64,000 nt of DNA from Elusimicrobiota bacterium (GCA_002401485.1 NVTF01000002.1:4299-68298), one strand, 5' to 3'; counted from the stretch's first letter, positions 1 through 9,651 are shown. Notes: a model not told the origin generated them from the letters alone. A program made the numbers and translations.

Positions 1-292
1 CAAAGCGTGTAAAACAATCCGGAATCACCAGCACGGCGGCGCGAACCTTGCCTGAGGAGACCAGCCGATCAAATCGTTCGATAATGTTTTCTTTCCAGGG
101 ATCGCTAAAAACCGCCTTCTGGGACGTACCCGTAAACCCAACGAGATAATAAATGACGGGAAACCGTTTCGCGGGATCGTTCAAATAAGACGGCGGCAAA
201 TAGACAGGAATTTCCCGCAAGCGGGGGTCTCCAAGGGCATTGCCCTTAAGGGCGATACTCCCCACTGTTTCAATAACAAGTTTTCCATTCAT
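1..292 (-). CDS. Putative esterase (esterase/enterochelin-esterase-like alpha/beta hydrolase), N-terminal part only; gene continues past window start
   Basis: Reverse-strand translation from ATG (rc of 290-292): MNGKLVIETVGSIALKGNALGDPRLREIPVYLPPSYLNDPAKRFPVIYYLVGFTGTSQ... The RFPVIYYLxGftG motif is typical of the putative-esterase family. Its start overlaps the murQ stop by 4 nt (ATGA), consistent with a co-transcribed operon. Confidence 0.6.
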   Translation of the reverse strand, partial: MNGKLVIETVGSIALKGNALGDPRLREIPVYLPPSYLNDPAKRFPVIYYLVGFTGTSQKAVFSDPWKENIIERFDRLVSSGKVRAAVLVIPDCFTRF

Positions 293-1188
293 GAGGAACT
301 CTCCAAAACCTTGCGAAGCGAATTGCCGTTTTCTCGAAGGAGGCGACCAGCTGACTTCTTGCTGACTCCGAGGCGAGCCATGACAACCGCCGTTTTTACA
401 TGCAATCCGGAGTCGACCAGCAACACGTCCGCGCGCTTGGGGGATACCCGCCCAAGGTTCGCAATTATCCGCGAGGCGCGATTTTTTAGTTTGACGTTGC
501 TGGGCTTCAAATCCAGCATCCACTGGTCGTAGACCTTCCCGAGTCGGATAAAAGAAGCTGCGGTCAGGGTATTGAGTACCAGCTTGGCGGCGGTCCCGGA
601 TTTCAAACGCGTGGACCCCGCGATGAACTCCGGCCCCACGCGCGGGGCGATCACGATATCGGCCGCCTTCATGCCGCTGCCGGGATTAGAGGTAACGAGA
701 ACCGTCGCGCATTTTGCACGTTTCCCCGCTTCAAGAGCACCTCTTACAAACGGAGTAATGCCGCTTGCGGCAATTCCAACGATGACGTCCCCGCGCGAAC
801 CCCGCTTGCGAAGTTGGCGAGCGCCGTCTTTTGCATCGTCTTCCGCCCCTTCGCGGGAACGAAACACAGCACTCTTTCCCCCGGCCACGACAGCCTGCAC
901 CAAGGACGGCGGCGTGCCGAAGGTGGGCGGACACTCCGCCGCTTCCAGAACAGCCAAACGCCCGCTTGTGCCCGCACCGACAAAGAAAAGTTTGCCGCCT
1001 TCCGAGAGGGCTTTCACGATCACATCCACCGCTGCAGCGATTGAGGCCGATTCACGACCAACCGCCGCCGGAACCTTGGCGTCTTCGCGATTAATCAACC
1101 GGACGATTTCTTTAGATGTCTTGGTGTCGACACGCTTCGCGGCGGGGTTGCCAAGCTCGGTGGCGAGCTTCCCGTAGCGCACGGCCAT
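289..1188 (-). CDS. murQ: N-acetylmuramic acid 6-phosphate etherase (SIS domain)
   Basis: 299 aa with the FFVGAGTSGRLAVLEAAECPPTFG and GIAASGITPF SIS-domain signatures characteristic of MurQ. Confidence 0.88.
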   Translation of the reverse strand: MAVRYGKLATELGNPAAKRVDTKTSKEIVRLINREDAKVPAAVGRESASIAAAVDVIVKALSEGGKLFFVGAGTSGRLAVLEAAECPPTFGTPPSLVQAVVAGGKSAVFRSREGAEDDAKDGARQLRKRGSRGDVIVGIAASGITPFVRGALEAGKRAKCATVLVTSNPGSGMKAADIVIAPRVGPEFIAGSTRLKSGTAAKLVLNTLTAASFIRLGKVYDQWMLDLKPSNVKLKNRASRIIANLGRVSPKRADVLLVDSGLHVKTAVVMARLGVSKKSAGRLLRENGNSLRKVLESSS

Positions 1189-1190
1189 TG

Positions 1191-2069
1191 TCAGTCGGAA
1201 ACGCCGTCGGCGATTCTATCGGGGTCTTCGATGGACAAGTCATCCGCCGGGTCTCCAAGATCGGGCGCCTTCACCGGCTCATCGATCCATTCCAGGATTT
1301 GGGGGATCAACCCGCGGCTGTAGTAAAGCATGCGGGTTCCGTGCCCGCGTTCGGCGTTAAGAATCGTTGCATTCTCCTCACCGGCGGATCGCTTCGCGAA
1401 CTCAAAAAGGATAGGCGTCTCCGTTGCGGAGCGACGATCATCTTCAGCGACCGCGAGTAAAATCGGTCGATCCCGATAGGAGCGCATCGCATTCACCGTC
1501 AACACTTCTTTGTAGCTCATGCCGGGAGACAACATGAAGACCATCGGGACATCCGGATGCAAAGCGGCGTAGCGCAACGCAATTGAACCGCCGACATCCG
1601 CGCCGCCAAGAGCAATGGACTCAATGGGGATGCCTTGCTCAACAAGCCACCCAATAGCCGCGTCCACATCGGCGCTCATCGCTTTCCACGAATTATCGCC
1701 TCGTTTGGTCCGAAACTTGCGGTAGGACCCTTCAACCCCTTCGGGAGGGTTTTGCGAGAGCCCATGACCGCGCAGATCGATGGCAAGATATCCTATTCCG
1801 CGGCGCGCCATTTTGCGCGCGAGCCAATACCAATTCTGCTTGCGGCCGCGAGCTTCATGCAGCAGGACAAAGGTAAGCGTATCCTCTTCTCGAGACGGGA
1901 AATAGCGGCCGGACAACGTCCACCCGTCCTTGGTTTCGAACTCGACGAGCTCCCCGCGCAGTTCGCGCTTTTTTTTTGCCGACGCCGAATGGGCAATCGC
2001 CGGAAAGGCGATTACCAATACAAGCAACGCGGAAAAAGGCGTCAGATGATCTCTTCGGCTTTGAACCAC
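1191..2069 (-). CDS. Secreted alpha/beta-hydrolase (DLH/S9-like)
   Basis: 292 aa with an N-terminal signal peptide (LLVLVIAFPAIAHSASA) and an alpha/beta hydrolase-like core (HGLS..., GGADVGGSIALRYAALHPDV). The 3' end overlaps ndk by 28 nt. Confidence 0.65.
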   Translation of the reverse strand: MVQSRRDHLTPFSALLVLVIAFPAIAHSASAKKKRELRGELVEFETKDGWTLSGRYFPSREEDTLTFVLLHEARGRKQNWYWLARKMARRGIGYLAIDLRGHGLSQNPPEGVEGSYRKFRTKRGDNSWKAMSADVDAAIGWLVEQGIPIESIALGGADVGGSIALRYAALHPDVPMVFMLSPGMSYKEVLTVNAMRSYRDRPILLAVAEDDRRSATETPILFEFAKRSAGEENATILNAERGHGTRMLYYSRGLIPQILEWIDEPVKAPDLGDPADDLSIEDPDRIADGVSD

Positions 2070-2494
2070 AATTTAATTTCGCGATCCGCGTCCTCGCGGT
2101 TGCCCGAAGCGTGAATCACATTCTCGAACTGGCCATCCGTCGTAATGCGGCCAAATGATCCTCGAATGGTCCCCGGATCCGCCTCTTCAGGGTTTGTCGC
2201 GCCGGCGACCTTGCGAACATGCTTGATCGCATCCTCTCCCTGGAATACGGCCGCGAGGATCTTATTATTTCGAATGGAATGAAATTCGCCGCGAATATAC
2301 TTAATGAGATTTTCAAAAAAGGGCTTATCGGAAAGGTCTTTATAATGCTCACGCGCGTGTTCTTCGCTCACCGAAACTACCTTGGCGGCGCACAAATCGA
2401 GTCCTGCGGCTTCGAGGCGATCAAACACCATTCCGGTCAGTTGACGCTTCGCGCCGTCGGGTTTCACGAGGATGAGGGTCTTTTCTAGGGCCAT
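2042..2494 (-). CDS. ndk: Nucleoside diphosphate kinase
   Basis: 150 aa with LILVKPDG, NVIHASG (active-site His) and TIRGSFG motifs typical of NDK. Confidence 0.93.
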   Translation of the reverse strand: MALEKTLILVKPDGAKRQLTGMVFDRLEAAGLDLCAAKVVSVSEEHAREHYKDLSDKPFFENLIKYIRGEFHSIRNNKILAAVFQGEDAIKHVRKVAGATNPEEADPGTIRGSFGRITTDGQFENVIHASGNREDADREIKLWFKAEEII

Positions 2495-2552
2495 ATTTGA
2501 GGATGCTCCAATTGAGGAAATGTAAGATTTGTCGGGTTTTATCGTAACAAAT

Positions 2553-2581
2553 TGACACTTTCACGAGCAAACAAGTAGAAT
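2553..2581 (+). promoter_or_regulatory. Sigma70-like promoter upstream of tandem receiver genes
   Basis: TTGACA (2553-2558), a 17-nt spacer, then TAGAAT (2576-2581), 8 nt before the ATG at 2589. Confidence 0.55.
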
Positions 2582-2588
2582 TCTCTCT

Positions 2589-2972
2589 ATGCCGAAGATT
2601 CTTGTTGTCGACGATGAACGGGATGTCGTTACCCTCTTAAAATTCGTTCTAGAGAAAGAGGGACACTCGGTTTCTCAAGCCTATAACGGCGTGCAGGCTC
2701 TTGAGAAACTCGGCGTGGACCCTGTCGATGACAAAGCTGAATTGCCCGATCTCATCGTATTGGACGTTATGATGCCGATTATGGACGGGCATACAACCGC
2801 CCGTCATATTGCGGACCACGAGCGTACGTCCAAGGTCCCGATCGTTGTGCTCACCGCGAAAGGACAAATGCGGGATCTATTCGATTCGATAGGCAATGTT
2901 GCCTCCTATCTCGAAAAACCGTTTGACCCTAGAAGGCTCCGCGAGATGGTCGCGAGTATACTCGGACTTTAA
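2589..2972 (+). CDS. Single-domain response regulator (CheY-like receiver), copy 1
   Basis: 127 aa with VVDDE (acid pocket), the LIVLDVMMP phospho-acceptor Asp and VLTAKGQ (conserved T/K); no output domain. Confidence 0.85.
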   Translation: MPKILVVDDERDVVTLLKFVLEKEGHSVSQAYNGVQALEKLGVDPVDDKAELPDLIVLDVMMPIMDGHTTARHIADHERTSKVPIVVLTAKGQMRDLFDSIGNVASYLEKPFDPRRLREMVASILGL

Positions 2973-2975
2973 TTT

Positions 2976-3377
2976 ATGGCCCAACTCCTTGTCGTTGATG
3001 ACGAACCCGAAATCGTAACCTTGCTCCGCTTCATCCTGGAGAAAGACGGCCATACCGTCAAGGAAGCAGGCAACGGCGTTATCGCGCTCGAAAAACTCGG
3101 CGTCGAACCGCCTTCCAACGAGATCGTAAAACCTGATTTAATCGTGCTCGACATCATGATGCCGGTCATGGACGGCTACGAGCTCAATAACCGGCTCCAA
3201 AAAGAAGAAGCGACGATGAAAATCCCCATCCTCGTCCTGACCGCCAAAGGACAAAAGATGCGTGATCTCTTTGAAATGGCGCCCAATGTGGCCGCCTACG
3301 TGCAGAAACCGTTCGATCCTAAAATGCTGCGCGAGTTAATCGTCAGCATCCTCGCGGGGGACAAATCCAAGTCATGA
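2976..3377 (+). CDS. Single-domain response regulator (CheY-like receiver), copy 2 (tandem paralog)
   Basis: 133 aa, roughly 55% identical to copy 1 with the same motifs (VVDDEPEIVTLLRFILEKDGH, LIVLDIMMPVMDG, VLTAKGQKMRDLFE). It sits 3 nt after copy 1, and its stop overlaps the lysS start. Confidence 0.85.
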   Translation: MAQLLVVDDEPEIVTLLRFILEKDGHTVKEAGNGVIALEKLGVEPPSNEIVKPDLIVLDIMMPVMDGYELNNRLQKEEATMKIPILVLTAKGQKMRDLFEMAPNVAAYVQKPFDPKMLRELIVSILAGDKSKS

Positions 3378-4891
3378 CGAAGGAGCAGGAGTCTCCCCGC
3401 CAGATCAAGGCGCGGGAACTCGTAGAAGCAGGGGTTACGCTGTACCCCCACCGCTGGGGCGGTTGGGAAAATCGCGTGTCGGCAGCTGTTGCCAATTCCT
3501 ACGGAACCTCCCTGAAGGAAGAAGAAAAAACCGACAAACAGGTTCAGGTCGCCGGTCGCGTGATGCAAACCCGCGTCATGGGCAAGGCGGCTTTTTTCCA
3601 CATCCTCGATGACGGCGTCAAACTTCAGCTCTATCTGAAGCGCGACGTTATGGACGAACATGACAAAGAGGGCACCTACAACCTTTTCAAGAAACGTATT
3701 CATACTGGGGATTTCATTGGTGTCACCGGAACCATCTTCAAAACGAAGACGGGTGAAATTACCGTGGAGGTACACAAGTTAACGCTGCTCTCGAAAGCCC
3801 TGCGCGAACTCCCTGAAAAATGGCACGGGCTCAAGGACACCGACACCCGCTACCGGAAGCGACATCTCGATTTAATTGCAAACCCCGACGTGCGAAACGT
3901 ATTTGTCACGCGCTCAAAACTCCTCTCCTCCATTCGCAAAACCTGTGAATCGTTGGGGTTTCTTGAAGTGGAAACCCCAATCCTGCTGCACCAGGCCGGC
4001 GGCGCAACCGCCCGTCCGTTTGAAACCCGTCACAATGCTCTGGGAACAAACCTGGTCATGCGCATCGCGACCGAACTTCCGCTGAAAAAGCTGATCATTG
4101 GAGGTTATCCGGGCGTCTATGAAATCGGCCGTATTTTCCGCAATGAAGGCATCGACACGACGCATAATCCCGAATTCACCACACTCGAAGCCTATCAGGC
4201 TTATACCGATTACAACGGCATGTCGGCATTCTTTGAAAAGGTCATGACGGACGCGACCGATTCCCTGGGAATCGACACCATCACCTACAAAGACCAGCAA
4301 ATTTCACTCACGCCGCCCTACAAACGCGCCTTTATGCCTGAACTCTGGAAAGAACACTGCGGCGAAGACATCCATGAAGTTCTCGAAGGAAAAGGATTTA
4401 ACCGGGACGGGTTGCTCGCCCTCGCCAAGAAATTGGAGATCGGCGGCGTGGCCGGCGCCCCTGACGCAAAAATTTTCGACCGCATTTTTGAAGCGAAAAT
4501 CGAACCGCTGCTGATTCACCCGACCTTTGTCTTCGATCACCCGACAGCCATCACGCCGCTGGCGAAGTGTAAAGAAAACGCCGACGGTTCTATCGATGAA
4601 TCCATTTGTGAACGCTTTGAGCTCTTCGTGGCGGGCATGGAACTCGCCAACGCCTACACCGAGCTTAACGATCCCATCGATCAGAGGGAACGCTTCGCCG
4701 AGCAGGCCAAACAAAAAGACGGCGGGCACGATGAAGCCGAATTACTCGATGAAGAATTTCTCGAGGCAATGGAGCAGGGCATGCCCCCCACCGGCGGCAT
4801 CGGCTTTGGCATTGATCGTCTCGTGATGCTGTTGACCGGAAACCCCTCTATTCGCGAAGTCATCCTCTTCCCTACGCTGAAGCCGGAATAG
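3374..4891 (+). CDS. lysS: Lysyl-tRNA synthetase, class II
   Basis: 505 aa with an N-terminal OB-fold anticodon-binding region and class II motifs (FRNEGIDTTHNPEFT, GGIGFGIDRLVMLLT). Confidence 0.93.
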   Translation: MTKEQESPRQIKARELVEAGVTLYPHRWGGWENRVSAAVANSYGTSLKEEEKTDKQVQVAGRVMQTRVMGKAAFFHILDDGVKLQLYLKRDVMDEHDKEGTYNLFKKRIHTGDFIGVTGTIFKTKTGEITVEVHKLTLLSKALRELPEKWHGLKDTDTRYRKRHLDLIANPDVRNVFVTRSKLLSSIRKTCESLGFLEVETPILLHQAGGATARPFETRHNALGTNLVMRIATELPLKKLIIGGYPGVYEIGRIFRNEGIDTTHNPEFTTLEAYQAYTDYNGMSAFFEKVMTDATDSLGIDTITYKDQQISLTPPYKRAFMPELWKEHCGEDIHEVLEGKGFNRDGLLALAKKLEIGGVAGAPDAKIFDRIFEAKIEPLLIHPTFVFDHPTAITPLAKCKENADGSIDESICERFELFVAGMELANAYTELNDPIDQRERFAEQAKQKDGGHDEAELLDEEFLEAMEQGMPPTGGIGFGIDRLVMLLTGNPSIREVILFPTLKPE

Positions 4892-4897
4892 GGGCGC

Positions 4898-6133
4898 GTG
4901 CCCTTCACCCTCTTCATCGCGTTTCGCTACCTCATAACAAAACGAAAGGGGCTTTTCACCATGATCACAACCGTGATCGGGGTGACCGGCGTCGCCATCG
5001 GGGTTGCGGCGCTGCTCACGACCCTCTCGGTCATGAATGGGTTTCAATCCGATATCCAGAAGAAAATTGTGGGCGCGCAGGCTCATTTGTCCATTTATGC
5101 CCGGATGAATCCCGATCGGGAGAAACACCTGAGAGAGTCGATCGAGGAAGAAGAAGAGATCATCGCCACCTCTCCCTTCGTGCTCGGCCAAGGCATCGTA
5201 ACCTTTGGAGAACGCTCGTCCGGCATCGTTCTAAAGGGGATCGATCCCCGCCAGGAATTTACCGTCAACGATCTTTCCACAAAATTAACAGCGGGAGAGT
5301 GGGCCGACCTCAAACCGGCCTCCAAAAACGGTGCCAAACCCGTCCCGGGAATAGTGCTGGGCGAAGAGCTCGCAAAAAGCCTTGGCGCGTGGATCGGTGA
5401 CGAAGTCATCCTGATTTCCCCGCAAAGCCTCGCAACCCCCATGGGAATGATCCCCGCAATGAAGCGGTTCAACGTTGTGGGCACCCTCCACACCGGTTAC
5501 TACGAATACGATAGCGCGGCCGGGTACGCGGAAATTGAACCTGTCGCTTCTTTTTTCAACACCCCCGGGGGACTTTCCGGCCTTCAGGCCAAAATTGCCG
5601 ATTTAGACCATGCAGACGCCGTCGCAAAATCCCTTCAAGGCAGGCTTGGCTGGGATTACACAGTGCGCTCGTTCACCGAGATGAATCGGACGTTGTTTGC
5701 GGCACTCAAACTCGAGAAGGCCGTGATGTTTATTATTCTCGGACTCATCATTCTTGTCGCCTCGTTTAATATCGCCTCCAATCTCGTCTTGATGGGAACC
5801 GAAAAATTGCGCGATATCGGACTGCTCAAGGCAATGGGTGCGACCCCCGGCCAAATCCGCAACATCTTCTTGTGGATCGGAACCCTCATTGGAAGCTTCG
5901 GCGTTTTTCTCGGCATCGGCTTGGGTCTGATCCTATGCTGGGTCATTGAGCGTTACCCGATTGTGGAGCTCCCCCCCGATATCTATTACCTCTCCCGAGT
6001 GCCCGTTGAGGTCAAAGCGATGGACGTCCTCGGGGTCGTTGTCTGTGGACTCACACTTGCGATCCTTGCCACCCTTTACCCGGCTTATAAGACCTCGACA
6101 GTCGACCCGATCGAGGCCATCCACTATGGCTGA
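4898..6133 (+). CDS. Lipoprotein-releasing system permease (LolC/LolE, FtsX-like)
   Basis: 411 aa in a 4-TM FtsX/MacB-like arrangement with a large periplasmic loop; N-terminus FRYLITKRKGLFTMITTVIGVTGVAIGVAAL; a lolD-like ATPase lies immediately downstream. Confidence 0.8.
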   Translation: MPFTLFIAFRYLITKRKGLFTMITTVIGVTGVAIGVAALLTTLSVMNGFQSDIQKKIVGAQAHLSIYARMNPDREKHLRESIEEEEEIIATSPFVLGQGIVTFGERSSGIVLKGIDPRQEFTVNDLSTKLTAGEWADLKPASKNGAKPVPGIVLGEELAKSLGAWIGDEVILISPQSLATPMGMIPAMKRFNVVGTLHTGYYEYDSAAGYAEIEPVASFFNTPGGLSGLQAKIADLDHADAVAKSLQGRLGWDYTVRSFTEMNRTLFAALKLEKAVMFIILGLIILVASFNIASNLVLMGTEKLRDIGLLKAMGATPGQIRNIFLWIGTLIGSFGVFLGIGLGLILCWVIERYPIVELPPDIYYLSRVPVEVKAMDVLGVVVCGLTLAILATLYPAYKTSTVDPIEAIHYG

Positions 6134-6818
6134 TCCGAGCCCGATTTTAACCGTTTCCGGCCTCAAAAAATCCTACGAACAGGCGGATAAACCCCTTGAG
6201 GTTCTACGCGGCGTCGATCTGGAAGTTCACCCGGGGGATTATATCGCGATCCTCGGCCCGAGTGGGACCGGCAAATCGACGTTATTGAACATTATGGGCT
6301 TGCTCGATCGCCCCTCGGCCGGCACACTCACAATAGCAGGACAAAATGCAGCCTCTCTTTCCGAAAATAGCCGGGCTCAAGTCAGGAACAACAAAATCGG
6401 CTTCGTACTCCAATTTGACTCACTTTTGGCGGAATTTTCAGTGCTCGAGAACGTATTAATGCCCGCTCGTATCGGGGGGCGAGCCTTGGAGCCGCTGAAG
6501 GAAAAAGCTTTTGATTTATTGAAGATACTCGGAATAGAAAGTCTCGCCGAGCGACTTCCTACGGGCCTTTCCGGAGGTGAAAAACAGCGGGCAACCATTG
6601 CTCGTGCCTTGATCAATGACCCGGTCGTTTTGCTCGCAGATGAGCCCACCGGGAACCTCGATAGACCCAATGCCGAGCTGGTATTTGGTAAAATGAAGGA
6701 GTTGACGGACACGTTGCCAGTGGCGGTCGTGATGGTCACCCACAACGAACATGCGGCTGATTACGCCTCACGACCCGTACACCTACGGGACGGCCGCATC
6801 ACCGATTTAAAGGACTAG
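6126..6818 (+). CDS. lolD: Lipoprotein-releasing system ATP-binding protein
   Basis: Walker A GPSGTGKST, signature LSGGEKQR and Walker B LLADEPTGNLD. The start is taken at the ATG at 6126 (MADPSPILTVSGLKKSY); the in-frame upstream extension to 5946 looks like an ORF-caller artefact overlapping the permease. Confidence 0.88.
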   Translation: MADPSPILTVSGLKKSYEQADKPLEVLRGVDLEVHPGDYIAILGPSGTGKSTLLNIMGLLDRPSAGTLTIAGQNAASLSENSRAQVRNNKIGFVLQFDSLLAEFSVLENVLMPARIGGRALEPLKEKAFDLLKILGIESLAERLPTGLSGGEKQRATIARALINDPVVLLADEPTGNLDRPNAELVFGKMKELTDTLPVAVVMVTHNEHAADYASRPVHLRDGRITDLKD

Positions 6819-6830
6819 CGGGGTATTCCT

Positions 6831-7724
6831 ATGAAAATTTGGATTGACGGCGAATACGTAGCGCAAGAAGACGCAAAAATCTCAGTTTACGACCACGGTC
6901 TCCTCTACGGAGACGGGGTTTTTGAAGGCATTCGCTCGTACGGCGGCTTCGTTTTCCAACTCGAAGAACACATCGACCGCCTGTATGCTTCCGCAAAAGC
7001 CATCCTCCTGACAATCCCGATGGAGCCTAAAGCGATGGCCGACCTGGTTTGCGACGCCGTCCGCACCAACGGCCTGAAAGACTCGTATATCCGCGTCCTC
7101 GTGACCCGGGGAAAGGGTGACCTCGGCCTCGACATGCGAAAATGCCCGAAGGCGAGCATTATCGTCATCGCGGATAAAATCCAGCTTTTTCCAGAAGAAG
7201 TCTACAACCGGGGCATGAAATTGATTGTGTCCCACCTTCGCCGCGTCCCCCCCGATACACTAAGCCCGGCGATCAAATCCCTGAACTATCTCAACAACAT
7301 TCTGGCTCGGGCCGAAGCCAGCCGTGCCGATTGTGATGAGGCCATCCTGCTCAATCGCGATGGATACGTCGCGGAGTGCTCAGGCGACAACATCTTTGCT
7401 ATCCGCCGAGGAAAGGTTTACACGCCCCCAGTGTACGTGGGCATCCTCGAGGGCATCACGCGCAACGCCGTCATGCATTTAGCCGAGACCAAACTCGGAC
7501 TTAAGGTTGTTGAGCAGGTCTTCACCGTCCCGCAAATGTATCGCGCCGATGAGGTGTTTGTCACGGGAACCGGAGCCGAGATTATCGGTGTTGTTGAGGT
7601 CAACGGCCGGATTATCGGCAACGGCAAGCCTGGTCCGCTGACTCAGAAGCTGATCAAGGAATTCCGCGCCTACGCGTGCTCCCCTGAAGCGGGAGCAGCT
7701 GTCTACCAGACAGCATCCGTGTAG
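6831..7724 (+). CDS. ilvE: Branched-chain amino acid aminotransferase (class IV PLP fold)
   Basis: 297 aa with VYDHGLLYGDGVFEGIRSY and class-IV aminotransferase fold motifs; catalytic Lys region present. Confidence 0.8.
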   Translation: MKIWIDGEYVAQEDAKISVYDHGLLYGDGVFEGIRSYGGFVFQLEEHIDRLYASAKAILLTIPMEPKAMADLVCDAVRTNGLKDSYIRVLVTRGKGDLGLDMRKCPKASIIVIADKIQLFPEEVYNRGMKLIVSHLRRVPPDTLSPAIKSLNYLNNILARAEASRADCDEAILLNRDGYVAECSGDNIFAIRRGKVYTPPVYVGILEGITRNAVMHLAETKLGLKVVEQVFTVPQMYRADEVFVTGTGAEIIGVVEVNGRIIGNGKPGPLTQKLIKEFRAYACSPEAGAAVYQTASV

Positions 7725-7736
7725 CGGCCCTGACGG

Positions 7737-8813
7737 TCACTCCAGTTCGACTTCGAACTCTTCGAGCATATACTCGACATCCAACTTTAGGTTGTACGCC
7801 GCATCTTCAATTTTTTTAAGCGAGGCGCGGATTTCGTTGCGAATAACCTTTTCTTTTTCTTTTGTAAGGCGCGCTGTAAGGGGCTTTTTCGCTCGCTCCG
7901 AACCGATATCACCCAACGCACGAACAACCACTCCCCGAAAACGCCGATCTTTCGCTGTAAGATAAGGGAGCAGTACTTTCGACGATTTCGCCGACCCTAT
8001 TTTTCCGATTGAGTCCGCCGCCTGCGACCGCACACGAACATCGGGATCCTGAAGAGCGTCTATTAACGGCGCGACAGCACCATCGTTTCCCCGAAATCCC
8101 AGAGCCTTGGCAGCAGCCTCGCGATCAACGGGATCACCATCCCGAAGCTGCGCCGACAGCGCCCGCAGTTCCTGCTCGGCAGTAGTGTCAATTTCGATTT
8201 GCCGCCGGGTCGTGCTGGTGCGAATACGTTTTCTTTCCAAAATGTCAATTTCTTTAATTTTTCGCTTTATGAAACTTCGGACCGGAAAACCCGGCGCGAC
8301 CAACTCCAATCCCTTGTTAAAAAAGGAACGCGACTGATCCCATACCTGCGCATCCATGGCATACATTCCCAACCCAGCAAAACCCTCAGGCGGCAGTGAG
8401 GCATCGATCGACTGCGCTTGGCGAATATCCGCGATTCCTCGCGGATTGTTCCTTAACGCCCGGACGAACCCGCGCAGCGCATAGGCGCGGCCATTATTCA
8501 CATCCGCGAGTACCGCACGGTCAAAATCCTCCTCCGCGCGTCCCATGGTATCCCAGCGATTATCCCGAATCCCACGATCCAAATACGCCATGCCCCGAGC
8601 CATATACAAACCGGGGATGTTGTCATTTAATTGGATCGCATTGCCGAAGTCTTTAATCGCGGAGCCATAGGCCCCGCGCATGCGCTTCCTCATCCCACGC
8701 CGCAGGAAGTCGTGAGCGGTAAAATTGTCATCTTCTCCTGCAGAAACAGGAATTATCCCAGCTCCAAAAAGCAGGGCCAGACAAAGACATGCGCGACTCA
8801 TTAGTCCAAGCAT
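7737..8813 (-). CDS. Secreted TPR/HEAT-repeat protein
   Basis: Signal peptide, TPR-like N-terminal half, and a C-terminal half of PBS-lyase/HEAT-like repeats (DPDVRVRSQAADSIGKIGSAK..., RFRGVVVRALGDIGSERA). Confidence 0.65.
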   Translation of the reverse strand: MLGLMSRACLCLALLFGAGIIPVSAGEDDNFTAHDFLRRGMRKRMRGAYGSAIKDFGNAIQLNDNIPGLYMARGMAYLDRGIRDNRWDTMGRAEEDFDRAVLADVNNGRAYALRGFVRALRNNPRGIADIRQAQSIDASLPPEGFAGLGMYAMDAQVWDQSRSFFNKGLELVAPGFPVRSFIKRKIKEIDILERKRIRTSTTRRQIEIDTTAEQELRALSAQLRDGDPVDREAAAKALGFRGNDGAVAPLIDALQDPDVRVRSQAADSIGKIGSAKSSKVLLPYLTAKDRRFRGVVVRALGDIGSERAKKPLTARLTKEKEKVIRNEIRASLKKIEDAAYNLKLDVEYMLEEFEVELE

Positions 8814-8843
8814 AACCCGTCAGTAGAAAGACCGCCAGGGCCG

Positions 8844-9125
8844 TTATTCGCGGTCTGAGGAGGCCGGCTCAACGGGGTCTAAATTCCCCCTCTCAGCAGG
8901 AACACCCGACTGGGGGGTGCGCAGCTTCCAAAAGGTAAGAAAAGCAACCGGCAAAAGAATGATGATCATGACCGTCTGGGCCTGTTCCCGTGGGATATCG
9001 GTAAAACGGCCGAGCAGATCCCCCACCACCGCAAAAATCGCGATGATGACAAAAATCCAACGCCCCCGATTGTCTCCGTATCCAATCACCTGCAGTATTA
9101 TAGAGGATAGAAACCCTAAGGGCAA
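8844..9125 (-). CDS. Small hypothetical membrane protein (2 TM helices)
   Basis: 93 aa with two hydrophobic helices. The start abuts the hsp20 terminator hairpin, so expression signals are unclear. Confidence 0.35.
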   Translation of the reverse strand: MPLGFLSSIILQVIGYGDNRGRWIFVIIAIFAVVGDLLGRFTDIPREQAQTVMIIILLPVAFLTFWKLRTPQSGVPAERGNLDPVEPASSDRE

Positions 9126-9160
9126 AGAAAACCCGGTTCCCCATCGGGTGGAGAACCGGG
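9123..9160 (-). terminator. Rho-independent terminator downstream of hsp20
   Basis: On the minus strand, stem CCCGGUUC...GAACCGGG (plus-strand 9132-9139 / 9153-9160) is followed by a U-run (plus-strand aaagaaaa, 9124-9131). Confidence 0.5.
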
Positions 9161-9185
9161 GCGGCAGTCGCGCTCCAGTGCGCGT

Positions 9186-9605
9186 CTATTGGATTTCAAG
9201 ACGCTGTTTTTGCGACTCGCTCGTCTTAGGAAGGCATATTTTAAGAACCCCATCCTTATAAGAAGCCTTCGCTTCTTTCGTATTTATAACGGTCGGAAGC
9301 GTGAAGGTCCGCGAGAAGGAACCGTATCCCTGCTCGATGCGATGAACCCCTTCATCATTCTCATAATCCGTATCGAGTTTACGCTCCCCGCGGATTGTGA
9401 CCTCATCGTTGCGAAGATCCACATGCAGGTCCTTTTTCTCAACTCCAGGGACTGAAACGGAGAAGACGAACTCTGCTTCGGTTTCCTTTACATCAACCCG
9501 GGGCGTGAAACCAGCCACGCCGCCAAGCAAAGCCGGTGGATTGCGCAGCGCTAGCGGCCAAGCCCCGAACGCGCGGTCCAATGGAATCATGTCTTTGAAT
9601 GTCAT
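9186..9605 (-). CDS. Small heat-shock protein (Hsp20/alpha-crystallin family)
   Basis: 139 aa with an alpha-crystallin domain (PRVDVKETEAEFVFSVSVPGVEKKDLHVDL..., GVLKICLPK). Confidence 0.9.
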   Translation of the reverse strand: MTFKDMIPLDRAFGAWPLALRNPPALLGGVAGFTPRVDVKETEAEFVFSVSVPGVEKKDLHVDLRNDEVTIRGERKLDTDYENDEGVHRIEQGYGSFSRTFTLPTVINTKEAKASYKDGVLKICLPKTSESQKQRLEIQ

Positions 9606-9651
9606 TCTTGTAGCCTCCTTTTTTAAGATTACCTAACATCTTCTAGTAGCT

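Noticed and set aside
1965-1975. T9 homopolymer inside the secreted hydrolase gene
   Set aside because: It encodes the KKK of the signal-peptide cleavage region in frame. Phase variation is possible, but there is no supporting evidence. It is noted only.
3296-3775. 159-aa ORF antisense to the receiver/lysS junction
   Set aside because: Fully overlapped by two well-supported genes on the other strand; no motifs.
5946-6125. 5' extension of lolD as called in the ORF table (start at 5946)
   Set aside because: The extension overlaps the last 60 codons of the permease gene and is Ser/Arg/Pro-rich. The conserved LolD N-terminus begins at the ATG at 6126.
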